The translations under genes and the position numbers were made by a program. The notes beneath the pieces are model-generated. The model was not told where the DNA came from and ran no database searches. It saw nothing but the letters and a program-made list of their open reading frames with translations. 64,000 bases of DNA from the human T2T-CHM13v2.0 reference genome, Homo sapiens: NCBI RefSeq assembly GCF_009914755.1, contig NC_060942.1. One strand, given 5' to 3'. Each line of letters begins with the position of its first letter. Position 1 is the stretch's first letter. This document shows, piece by piece, positions 52,007 to 64,000 of the stretch.

Positions 52007-53478
52007 GTAATGTTTCTCTAATGAGGAAGCAGTAAAAAAGACAATACATACAAACTCCCTAATCATTAAGTAATTCTTAAGGATGCTTTGTTTATAATGT
52101 TTTTGGTTTATAAATTATTAATGGTACAGTATGCCATTTATGTTTTATTTTCCTAGTATAGTGGAATTTGGAGCTCCACAGCTGCTACTTTCTGCTGATG
52201 GCCAGTGGAATTGAACTTTACTAGAAAGGAGAGTTTGCTAATAATTCTTGGTAGCTTTAATTTAAACAATGATGTTCTAGTAGAGTGGTATGTAAAGAAC
52301 ACCTGCTTTGGGTGAGGAGATATGGATTCTTACCTTGGTGGTCCTTGGTACTCTCTGCCACCCTGAGAAAGCTATTTTACCTGTTGGGGTTTCAAGATCC
52401 TCATCTGAAAAAATAATGGATCATATTGAACTGTTTCTTAGCTCCCTTATATGTCTATATTTCTATATTTTTATAAAAGGTAATATAAGGGTTCTCAGGT
52501 AAAGAAAAACTTGAGCCTCATTCACATGCACATTTTATTCTAAACAAGCCTTCAAATTGAGTTCAGCTAATAAAAGTGCTGGTGCACTTCCCGAGGGGGA
52601 AATAATCTGTACCATAATTACCTCACATTGTTAGAGCTGGGGAATTGCTCAGTGGGATTGAACAAGGGACCTCCCTGACCCCATTCAGCCTTATAATCCT
52701 TAAAGTCTGTAAAGATTGTTCAGCTATAGGAATGGGCATGATTATGCCTATCACTCTAATAGTCAAAATGGAATTGGTATCCATGAATGTCATTCACCTC
52801 TTCAAGGAAAAGACATTATATAAATTCAAAACAAAAACCAATACCGGCATTTCAGTTCTAACCTGCCCAAGAATGTCCAGGGTTAGGTGTGGGCCTAGAG
52901 AATGCTCAACTCAGAACTGAAGGCTATTTGGAATTTCTGTTCACATTGTGATTGGGAGCCAGATGGCGGGAATCCAAAGGCACAAAATATTTTCGTTATT
53001 AAAATGTGTATGAGTTCATAGCCTCAAGTTCTAGTAAAAGTTAGAGACCAAAACACCCCAGCTTTCAAGTAGAAATTTTCATTAAGCTGGCATGTAGGTA
53101 GCCCACAGTGGAAGTCATCCTAAAGCAGCATCTCATGCTTGCCAGCTGGGTATATTACCATGCTGTGATAATACGGTTGCTGTTACACAGGTAACACTAG
53201 GGAGCATTTGGTAAGCCAACAAAAGCAATTTATGAGAATGAAAAACATAAGTTCTTTATATATTTCTTAGTTATCTCCCAAGATTAAAGTATTTGAGAAA
53301 GACTTAACTTTAGTCCTGCTTTGTAATTGCAATGTGATTATAGTGATTGTTCTCTGAAAAAAATCCAGTAGAGAAAAATATTACCACCATCCAAAAACAG
53401 CTCTAGAAACCAATTTTTTATTGCTGGATTCATTGCTTTTTCACTTCATTCTGCATTTTCGGTACTCCAGTCAATGTG

Positions 53479-53777
<299 letters not shown>

Positions 53778-53881
53778 ACAGTCACTGTGATTATGGTTCA
53801 CTGTTTTCCCTGCTCTTTAGAATATCTTAAAACACACATGGGGAGGACAGAGACTTATTTGTGAGCACTTTTAAATTTTAG

Positions 53882-53979
53882 GAACTCTGTGAATCTCTTG
53901 AAGAAGATTACAAAGACATAGAACATCTTAAAGAAAACGTTCCTTCCCATTTGCCTCAAGTAACAGTAACCCAGAGCTG
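53882..53979 (+). CDS. SKA1: SKA1 exon 4
   Basis: ELCESLEEDYKDIEHLKENVPSHLPQVTVTQS; phase 0 to 2. Confidence 0.97.
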
Positions 53980-54239
53980 GTAAGTGTATTTATAATTATT
54001 CTTGCTATCTGGATTTATAAACCCATGAAAACAAGTTCTTCAAAGCCTTTTGTTCTTTCATATACTTGCAGTTTTGTCAGCGATGATCTAGTTTTTTGTC
54101 ACCTATACTAAAAACAGTATTTCCATGTTCACCAGTTTTCTTATCTTGGTGTCTCTGAGGAAAATCTAACACTTCTTTCCCAGTTTGCCAAGGGCAAGTC
54201 TCTCTAGCCTCTCTTTTTTCACTCATTTCTTTCCCTGAG

Positions 54240-54450
54240 AGCAGTTTGTCAACTGACGTTTGTTCCTTGACATTTTAGGCAGGTTAATTTTTTGTTATGA
54301 GAATAGGACATTGAGTAGTGTTCTTGATCTCTGCCTACTAGATTCTGGTAGCATCCCTCCATCCCACCCATTCATGACAATGAAAAATGTCTCCAGACAT
54401 TGCCAAATGCCTCTGAGGGCAAAATCTTCCCCGACCATTGAGAACCACTG
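54240..54450 (-). mobile_element. MER20-like hAT element
   Basis: aaaatgtctccagacattgccaaatg...ttgagaaccactg; a second copy lies on + at ~63137-63345. Confidence 0.75.
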
Positions 54451-54502
54451 CCTTTGGGTAAAAATAAGCTTAAGGAAGTTACCATTTTAAAAATAGCTAA
54501 AG

Positions 54503-54803
54503 AGGCTGGGCACAGTGGCTCACGCCTATAATCCTAGCATTTTGGGAAGCCAAGGCAGGCAGATTGCTTGAGCCCAGGAGTTTGAGACTAGCCTGGGCAA
54601 CATGGTGAAACCCCATCTCTGCTAAAAATACAAAAAATTAGCCAGACACAGTGGCACACCCCTGTAGTCCCAGCTACTCAGGGAGCTGAGGCGGGAGGAT
54701 TGCTTGAGTCTGGCAGGTCAAGGCTGCGGTGAGCCCTGATGGTGCTACTGCACTCCAGGCTGGGCGACAGAGTAAGACCCTGCCTCAAAATAAATAAATA
54801 AAA
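54503..54803 (+). mobile_element. AluJ
   Basis: Full dimer. Confidence 0.92.
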
Positions 54804-56398
54804 GCCAAAGGAACAATAAGCTTAGCTCTTTTTTCCCCTCAAATGTCCATCCTCTCTCTCTTCCCCCTTACAAGGTGTGTCTGTGCTTCTGCTTTTTCCC
54901 CGAGGCCCTAACACCTGGCTTTTGGCTGTCATTGCCACCACACCTAGGGTGGTTGAAGGTCATGAAGAGGTCAAAAATCCCTCGTCAGCCCTGGTTCTAC
55001 TTCTAAGATTTCATTTTGCATACCACCTTTTCGTTTTTGAAATTCTGTTTTCTGCCCTGCCACTGTGCTTTCTTAGTTGTCAGCCCACTTCTCTGACTTG
55101 GCTGCCTCCTTTTTCTCTCCCCTTTTTTAAATTATAGATCTCTCCTACCTGCTTTACTCATTCTTACCCAACTCCACTGTTAATGCTCTCAAATGTCCAG
55201 CTCTAGCCTTGATATGACATCTAGTTCCAGCGATTTAATGGCCTGCTATTTTCTCCTCAAATTTTCCATCTTGAAGACCTGGCTCTCTTGTTTCTCTTGT
55301 TCCCCACATATCCTCCCATCACCTCGGTGAGGACTTGGCATCTTTATCCTGTCTTGCTCTTTCTCAGCCATTACCTGTCATTGGACATCCAGTAAGAATT
55401 TGATCAGGGGAATAGGAGGAATTTTCTTCTAAGCTGACTATGGCCTAGCCTCAACTCTCAGGGATAGGTGAGAGCAGAACCTTTCTGTAGTTGAAAATGG
55501 TTATTTTCAGCTGATAAACACAGCAGGCCATAAGGGAGCCAATCAGGTGCTTCCTCAACACATGGTCAAGACAAACAAGTACAGGTACGATTCAGCCAGT
55601 CTCACAGTGGAATCTCATATGTTAGGATTCACAGAAGGATTATCATGCATTGGGCATCTTTATCTTGACAGCGTGCAGCGTGGCCGAGTCACACCACCTC
55701 AGTGAGGCTGGTTGCCATCTGTGTCTGGCATTTGACTGTCATCTTGGGATCTTGCTTCCTGCCTTTCTGGGGATTCCCTTGGCTTGCTCCTGAGGCCATC
55801 CTCCCACTCATAATTCCAGGGCTTTGCTTAACTTCTAAGCTTTATATTATGTTACATTTCTTGTTACCTTTTTATTATACAAATAATACATGTTGCTAGA
55901 AAGTGTTTGTTGTCAGAAAATAAAACTCATCTGTAATTTACCATTCAGATAAGATAGGGTATAGCTTTCCAGATTTTACTTAACTACACATAATAACAGG
56001 TATAAGAAATATTACAGGTATTTCTTATACTTGTTATTATGTGTAGTTATAGCAGCCCCCTACTGTTTCTTATATCTGGTGTCGTCTTTCCTATGTCTTG
56101 ACTTGCTGCTGGCAACATCCCTGGCAGTTAAGGAACCTAGAAGCTATAGTGTGTTTCTAGACTTTGTTGCTAGTGGGACAGGAGCTATATTAGTCGGCTT
56201 CTCACTCGCTGTAAAAATTGGGCAGATTGAATCCAGGGGTGACCCATGATCATTGCTGGCAACTAAAATGACTCCGCAATACACAGGGACTGACATGAGC
56301 AACCATCAGGATAAATTAGAATAAATAGAAGTCTAAGATAACTGATGTTTCCAGATTCAGAGTTAGGGACGTCAGGAAGACAAGCTGTTAAGGGGTTA

Positions 56399-56655
56399 GA
56401 ACAATGAGATCACATGGACACAGGAAGGGGAATATCACACTCTGGGGACTGTGGTGGGGTCGGGGGAGGGGGGAGGGATAGCATTGGGAGATATACCTAA
56501 TGCTAGATGACACGTTAGTGGGTGCAGCGCACCAGCATGGCACATGTATACATATGTAACTAACCTGCACAATGTGCACATGTACCCTAAAACTTAGAGT
56601 ATAATAAAAAAAAAAAAAATTAAAAAAAAAAAAAAAAAAGGAAAAAAAAAAAAAA
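56399..56655 (+). mobile_element. Short 5'-truncated L1HS pre-Ta (3'UTR plus poly(A)) in SKA1 intron 4
   Basis: ACG and G diagnostics; ~50-nt A tail; identical to the 3' end of the full-length element. Confidence 0.95.
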
Positions 56656-56964
56656 GAGAAGCTATTAAGCCGTAAAGCTGTTAACTTACTGACTTTGAGG
56701 AGCTGGTGGGACAACTGATGAAGATATCATGTTACACGTAAATAAATGTAGCTATATTACTGAAGATTTGGGAACTTAATTTTTCAACATTTCCTTCACC
56801 GTTTAATGTTCATGAAAAATAGACATAGGGATAGAAAAAAATGTTGGCAATAAGATTATAACAGGATGAGTTACGTATTTAATATTATTTTCAGTTGGGA
56901 AAACTGTCAGTATGCTGCTTATTTCTGAAAATTGCCTGTATGTATGTACATCTGTATTCTGTAG

Positions 56965-57102
56965 TGTTAAGGGATCAGATCTTGATCCTGAAGAACCAAT
57001 CAAAGTTGAAGAACCTGAACCCGTAAAGAAGCCTCCCAAAGAGCAAAGAAGTATTAAGGAAATGCCATTTATAACTTGTGATGAGTTCAATGGTGTTCCT
57101 TC
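56965..57102 (+). CDS. SKA1: SKA1 exon 5 (138 nt, symmetric phase 2)
   Basis: VKGSDLDPEEPIKVEEPEPVKKPPKEQRSIKEMPFITCDEFNGVPS; tag acceptor, gtaagt donor. Confidence 0.97.
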
Positions 57103-59026
57103 GTAAGTATTTAAGATAAATAATGTTCAACCCCTTAATAAACATAAATGATCGTTTAAATAATAAAGCTTAATTATATTAATTGTAATATGCTATGTTC
57201 AAATATTGATCTTTTTAAAAAGTTTCACATTATACTATGAAAATGCAGTAAATTTTTTGAAGATTTTTGTTGTAAAACCCCTTCATAGAGAGATCTAGAG
57301 ATGGATCAATTCATTGCTTAAGTCCTCTCTTGGACCTTTTTGTGTTACAGATTTACCAATCATATTATAGAAGTAGCCTCAGTTTTGTGGTAATTTTAAG
57401 GAAATCGAGTGTGTTGTGTAGAATTGAGAATGAGAATGGACAGTGTTGTGTTTGGTTTCCGTTTGTGCATTGCACCCCGCACTTGTTTGAGCCTGTGCTA
57501 TATTCCAGGCCCTGGGTCACTCAGAATAGAGGAATGAATAAGACAAAATGCTTCCCCCAAAGAGGGGGGCGGGTCTCCCTTGCCTTTTACATATGGCAAT
57601 AATGGGGAACCAATGATGAAAATCGACATTTTTAAACTCATAATTCCAGGGCTTTGCTAAACTTCTAAGCTTCATGTTATGTTACATTTCTTGTTACCTT
57701 TTTATTATACGAATAATACATGTTACTAGAAAGTGTTTGTTGTCAGAAAGTAAAACTCATCTGTAATTCTACCATTAGATAAGATAGGGTATAGCTTTCC
57801 AGATTTTATTTGACTATACATATGTAACAGGTATTTCTTATACCTGTTATTATAGCAATGTAGTTATACTGTAAATACAACTTACTATCCTTTTATTGTG
57901 ATAATTTTTCTATCATTAATAGTCATATAATATATAGCTATCCAATAACTTGTAGCATTTCCTCATTACATATTTGGGTTGACTTTATTGTTATAAATAA
58001 TGGTACAATGAAATATCTTTTAGACAAGGCTGTTTTGCAATTTTTTTATTTCCTTGGGATAGTCTTAGGAGGAGAGTCCCTGAGGCAAAGATCATGATTA
58101 TTTTGCTTCTAGAGAGTTTTTCATACCAGTTCATTTTGGTTGTTGTTTTATTTAATAAAGTATATTTCTTAGAACCTTTGTTAGATTTACAGAAAAATTG
58201 AGCAGATAGTACAGTGTTCTCATACCGCTTCTCCCCTGCACACAGTTTTCCCTAGTAATAGAGCATTGGTATGACATATCTGTTACAGTTGTCAAACCAA
58301 TATTGATACATTACTATTAACTACCATCCTTAGTCTATGTTAGGATTTATTCTGTGTTGTACCATCTATGGGTTTTGACAAACGTATAATGTCATGTGTC
58401 TACCATTACGGTATCATACAGAAGAATTTCACTATCCTAAAAAGTTTCACTGTCCTAAAAGTGCCTTGTATCCCACCTCTTTCTATCTCCCACTGAACCC
58501 CAGAATGTTATATGGTTAGAGTCATACAGTATGTAGCCTTCTCTGACTGGCTTCTTTTACTTAGAAATAAGGATTTATGATCCCTTGTACCTTTTTGTGG
58601 TTTGATAGCTCATTTCTTTTTAACACTAAATAGTACTCCATTGTATGGATGTATTGGTTTGTTTATTCATTCACCTATTGAAGCAATCTTAGTTCCTTCC
58701 AGTTTGGTGCAACTATGAATAAAGCGCTAAAAACGTTCATGTGCAGGTTTCGTGTAGACATAAGTTTTCAACTCATTTGGGTAAATACTTAGGAGTGTAA
58801 CTGCTGAGTCACGTAAGAGTATGTTCAGTTTTGTAAAAACCTGCCAATGGCTATACCATTTTGCATTCCCACCAGCAATGACAGAACATTCCTCTTGCTC
58901 CACATACTCTTTATCATTTGGTATTGTCAGTGTTCTGGATTTTAGCCACTCTAATAGGTGTATAGTGGTATCTAATTATTTTACTTTACAATTCCCTAGT
59001 GACATTTGACATTGAGCATCTTTTCA

Positions 59027-59073
59027 GCAAGTACTGCAGTCCTCTGCTCTACCAGCTGAGCTATCGAAGGAAG
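59027..59073 (-). pseudogene. Tailless retrocopy of the tRNA-Tyr(GTA) 5' half
   Basis: 59034-59070 reverse complement CCTTCGATAGCTCAGCTGGTAGAGCAGAGGACTGCAG matches the tRNA-Tyr 5' exon at 35/37; 17-bp TSD ca(t/c)tgagcatcttttca. Confidence 0.88.
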
Positions 59074-59830
59074 CACTGAGCATCTTTTCATATTGATATA
59101 CTTATTTTCCATTTGCATATCTTCTTTGATGAGATATCTGTTCAGGTCTTGAGCCTGTTTTTAAAGTGGGTTGTTTGTTTTCTTGTCATTGAATTTTAAG
59201 AGTTCTTTGCATATCTTTCTTCCTCTCCTCTAGTAGTCTCATTACCTGTATGTTATACTTTTTTTGATTGCCTCACAGTTCTTGGGTTTTCTGTTCTTTT
59301 TTGTATTTCTCTTTGCATTTTAGTTTGGGAAGTATCTATTGACGTTATCTATTGATGTATCTTCAAGTTCGCTGATTCTTTCTTTAGCTGAGTCTAGTCT
59401 GCTGATGGAGCCCATCAAAGGCATTCTTCATTTCTGTTAGAGTTCTTTATTTCTAGCATTTCCTTTTGATTCTTTTGTAGAATTTCCATCTCTGCTTTGT
59501 CTGTCTATTCTTGCATTTTATCCTTTTTCCATTAGAGTCCTTAGCATATTAAACATAGTTATTTGAGTTAGTGGTTTGATACTTCCAAAATCTCTGTCAT
59601 TTCTCAATCTGCTTCTGATGCTTGTGATGCTCTCAGCCTGTATTTTTATCTTATGCCTAGTAATTTTTGTTAAAAGCTGGACAAGATGTGTCTGGATAAT
59701 AGGAACTGAAGTAAATAGGCTTTTAGTGTGAGATTTTATGTTGATACGTCTAGGAGCTGGGCTATGTTTAATGGTTGCTACGGTTGTAAATGTCAGAAGC
59801 TTCAATTTCTTCTAGTTCCCATTTCTTTTG

Positions 59831-60138
<308 letters not shown>

Positions 60139-61061
60139 CTAGTTCCCATTTCTTTTGTCTCCTCTGTTGTCTTTGGGTTTCCTTAGAAATTTTTTCTTAA
60201 TAGATTCTGTGTCTTGTAGCTTGCTAAGTGTTAGTTCACTAATACGTTCCTGTAACCTTGTTGTAGTGGTGGTAAGGTGTTGGAGAGGAGAAGCATTCTA
60301 TAATCTTATGATTAAATCTCAGGCTTTTTAGGGGTACTGCATCTCTGGCCTGTGACCTTCTAAGGTGTTTCTTAGCTAGACGGGGCTGAAATCATCTAAC
60401 TACCCTTCCCCTAGGTCAGATAAGGTTCTGGTCAAGTAGTTTTCCTTGAGGGCAGGTCTTTGTTTTGGATAACAGAACTGCTCTACTTTTCCTTGGCCTA
60501 TTTCAAAATAATTACTTTTTCCTTCCTCTTGCTGATGCTCAAGAGAATTTTTCTCTGATCTTCATTTTAAAAACTTGGGGGGAAGGCAGGGGTGGTTCCT
60601 GGAAGTAAAACTCATGGAAGTATGGGGGGGCTCCCTAAACTGGATCCCCAGGAGTTTTTAACTCTCAAGCTAGTTCAAACTGAGCCTTAGCAGTTTGTCC
60701 GTTACTATTTAAATGTTCCTACAGTTACTCACTCCAGTGGCTTCTGTCCCTAGGAAGCTGTCATTCTCTGCATTTGTTTGTCTCTCCTGTTTTGGGGGCA
60801 GTGTTTGGCCCTGTGACCTCAATTCTCTGAAAAGAGTTACCAGCTTTCAGTTTGCTCCTGTTGTGAGGATGGGAGTGAGTTTCCAAGCTCTTGACACGTC
60901 AGAGTGCTACATACCAGTTTTTACTCCTGTTGGTAGTGTGTGAGAAAGCCCAACCTAATCTCACACCTGCTAGTGTTACCTCCTACTTAAAAATTGCTAC
61001 CAATTAGCCACTTGAAAAATACCTGGCTCTTTCACAACTCCAAGACTAGTGATGACGTTGA

Positions 61062-61441
<380 letters not shown>

Positions 61442-62870
61442 AGTCATTTCCTTTATTGACAGCTTTATTTTCATGAAAACTGTTTGATGCTCTGATGCTA
61501 TTCAGCTTTGATCTTTGTTATTGTTGCTCATTGGCTGAGCTAATGTGAAGAGCTAATGTGGCTGTGAGGAACAGTGGAGTAGAGGATTTTTGGAAAATGC
61601 TTCCATAAAGAGCTATTGGAAGGAAATTAGAATGGTCATGGTAGAGTATTCATTTTTCAACTAGGGGTTATTTAATGAATGAGAAATGAAGTTAGAAGAT
61701 TAGGGTGAAAAAATCATGTTTTCCAAGCATAGAGTTTTTATTTACTTTAAAACAAATGGTGCTGAGAGTAGAGTTAAAGTGGAAAACATTGAAGGAGATT
61801 AGGGATGACTATTGAGGAAATCAAGGTGGTAGTTGAGAAGATTTGAAGGAATACATAAGTGCATTGTGGAGAGCTGGGGTATAAGAGTTTGTAGAAATTG
61901 TGGTTAGAAAAAACAGGACAGCAAAAATGAATTTAGAAAAGAGAGGAATAATGAAAATGAGTGTTTTTTTGGAAATATGAACATTTTCTTTTAAATAAAC
62001 TTCCATATCATTGTATCAAGGAAGTTTTGACTAGAAAGCTGCTACTTTGAATAGAAATGAAGGACAGAGCTTAACCTACTGAACTTACAATTTGTTGAAG
62101 AGACAAATTGAAGCAGATCATCAAGTTTTGTTTTTGGTGTGTTCAAAACATTCAAAATTGAGAGTCTCCTGTTTTTATATTGTAAGACTCCATGGTGACT
62201 GGGAGGACGGACAAGAGGGAGGTTGAAGAGTAGAATTCAGAGTGAAAGAGAGTGCTCTAAGGGAACTTGAGCTAGGGCATAGAAAACATCATGGCTATGC
62301 TTTGGTTCTCCTCTGCCCAGGCAGCTTCCAGTCACTCACTCCTATATATCCCCTACCCCATCAGTTCTCCTTTGTCTTAATTTTCATTGTCAACTTTGTT
62401 GTGGTCTTCTTTGTTGCCCTTCATCTTCCCTTCCTCCTCCTCCTTTTTTTCTCTTTCTTTCTCTGAACAAGTAATAGTTTTTGTATAGCACTAGAGTGCT
62501 ATAAGTTGTATAATTTATTAATATTTAAGTTTTTCCTTTGCTCACATTTAAAACTGTTTAAATAAACTGATATGTTGCAGTTAATCAGTCCATTTGAATC
62601 AGAATTTGAGAGCTTATTTAAAATTATAATATCAGTTCTCCATAGGTAAACAATAGAGGTTAATAATTAGAGAAGGTAAGCACCAATATGTTGTCATCTC
62701 TATTTAATTATTCAGCTGTCTGGTTTATTTGGAAGTTGATATAAGATTGTTTTTATAAAGGGTACTGTAGTTTTACTGTTGTACAAAGTCATCATACTTA
62801 TGTTTTTCAAGGAAAGTAATTTTGTATGATGATTCTTTAAAACAATAATTAGCCATATACTTTTTTACAG

Positions 62871-63040
62871 GTACATGAAATCCCGCTTAACCTATAATCA
62901 AATTAATGATGTTATTAAAGAAATCAACAAGGCAGTAATTAGTAAATATAAAATCCTACATCAGCCAAAAAAGTCTATGAATTCTGTGACCAGAAATCTC
63001 TATCACAGATTTATTGATGAAGAAACGAAGGATACCAAAG
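62871..63040 (+). CDS. SKA1: SKA1 exon 6
   Basis: YMKSRLTYNQINDVIKEINKAVISKYKILHQPKKSMNSVTRNLYHRFIDEETKDTK; phase 2 to 1. Confidence 0.97.
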
Positions 63041-63845
63041 GTAAAATGGCAGCATATATGTGTGTACATGTGAACTGTTCAGAGTATAACTAAATCACGA
63101 GAAATGTAGCTAGTTCTAGAAAATTCTAAATCTAGAGTGTTAATTCCCAACCAGGAGCAGTTATCCTACCAGGAGACATTTTACCATGTCTGGAGACATT
63201 TTTGGTTGTTACAGCTGGGTGCTCCTGGCATCTAGTAGGTAGAGGCCAGGGATGCTGCTATAACAGCCGGCAGTGCACAGGATAGCACCCACAAAATAAA
63301 TTCTCTGGCTCACAGTGTCTGTAGTGCTGAGCCTGAGAAACATTGCTTTAGAGTCTATTGTGAAACTATGCCCAATGTTTTAGGAAATTGAATAGTAATG
63401 ATAATAGCTAGTCCTGTTGATATAGCTACTTACTGTATGGCAGAGAGTGTGCCAAGAGCTTCAATCCTTACAACACCCATATCACTTACTATTATTACTC
63501 CCAATTTGTAGACTAGGCAAAGAGAGCTTAACTTACTTGTCCAAGGTCATCCAGTTAAATGATAACACTGTTACGGGTTTTATTCTTATAACCACTATGT
63601 CACATTGCCTCTTGAAAAGTGAATTGTTCAAGCGATACCAACAGATAGCTAGTGACCTAATAAATATCATGCATGCAACTTCTGTTGATAGAATAATTAT
63701 TATTTTAGCAAGAATACTAGTTCTTGGTTTTATTGGATACTAACAGTAAAAACGACTAATACCATTCATATTCACAACTTAATGTATTAAAGACTCTTTT
63801 GCAAGTTGGCCTTATAAAAATTAGCACTAATATCTTTATTTTTAG

Positions 63846-63994
63846 GTCGTTATTTTATAGTGGAAGCTGACATAAAGGAGTTCACAACTTTGAAAGCTGA
63901 CAAGAAGTTTCACGTGTTACTGAATATTTTACGACACTGCCGGAGGCTATCAGAGGTCCGAGGGGGAGGACTTACTCGTTATGTTATAACCTGA
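63846..63994 (+). CDS. SKA1: SKA1 exon 7 coding part, ends at TGA 63992-63994
   Basis: GRYFIVEADIKEFTTLKADKKFHVLLNILRHCRRLSEVRGGGLTRYVIT*. Exon sum 88+125+98+138+170+149=768 nt gives the 255-aa spindle/kinetochore-associated protein 1. Confidence 0.97.
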
Positions 63995-64000
63995 GTCCCT

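Larger units (their letters stand above)
55806..57868. repeat. ~240-bp direct repeat (55806-~56050 / 57636-~57868) flanking SKA1 exon 5
   Basis: actcataattccagggctttgct...tgtagttata present twice, 1830 bp apart. Confidence 0.93.

Noticed and set aside
59034-59070. Functional tRNA gene (GCA anticodon suggesting Cys)
   Set aside because: Only the 5' half is present, with no B box or acceptor 3' strand. The body is tRNA-Tyr with a mutated anticodon.

Overview
Primate, almost certainly human, genomic DNA at the SKA1 locus (18q21 by gene identity). The last ~17 kb holds the complete SKA1 coding sequence on the + strand: a CpG-island promoter with a CDE/CHR element, a non-coding exon 1 and six coding exons that splice to 768 nt (255 aa). 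The upstream ~46 kb is intergenic and transposon-rich. It includes a 5'-inverted L1PA, a deleted ERV1 provirus (PBS-Ile, gag and env relics), a full-length human-specific pre-Ta L1HS (ORF1 and ORF0 intact, ORF2 broken by one nonsense change), a 4.4 kb L1PA, Tigger/MER DNA transposons, MaLR LTRs, about 20 Alus and a stack of solo LTRs (including LTR7) just before the promoter. No prokaryote-type system or CRISPR array is present. The most interesting observations are: (i) a 31-bp-stem hairpin in SKA1 intron 4 whose likely ancestral state survives in a nearby duplicate; (ii) an intact L1 ORF0 pointing at SKA1 with phase-compatible splice donors; (iii) a tailless retrocopy of an apparently unspliced pre-tRNA-Tyr 5' fragment; (iv) several local templated duplications and inversions. 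Repeat subfamily names are from recognition by eye and need RepeatMasker/Dfam confirmation.
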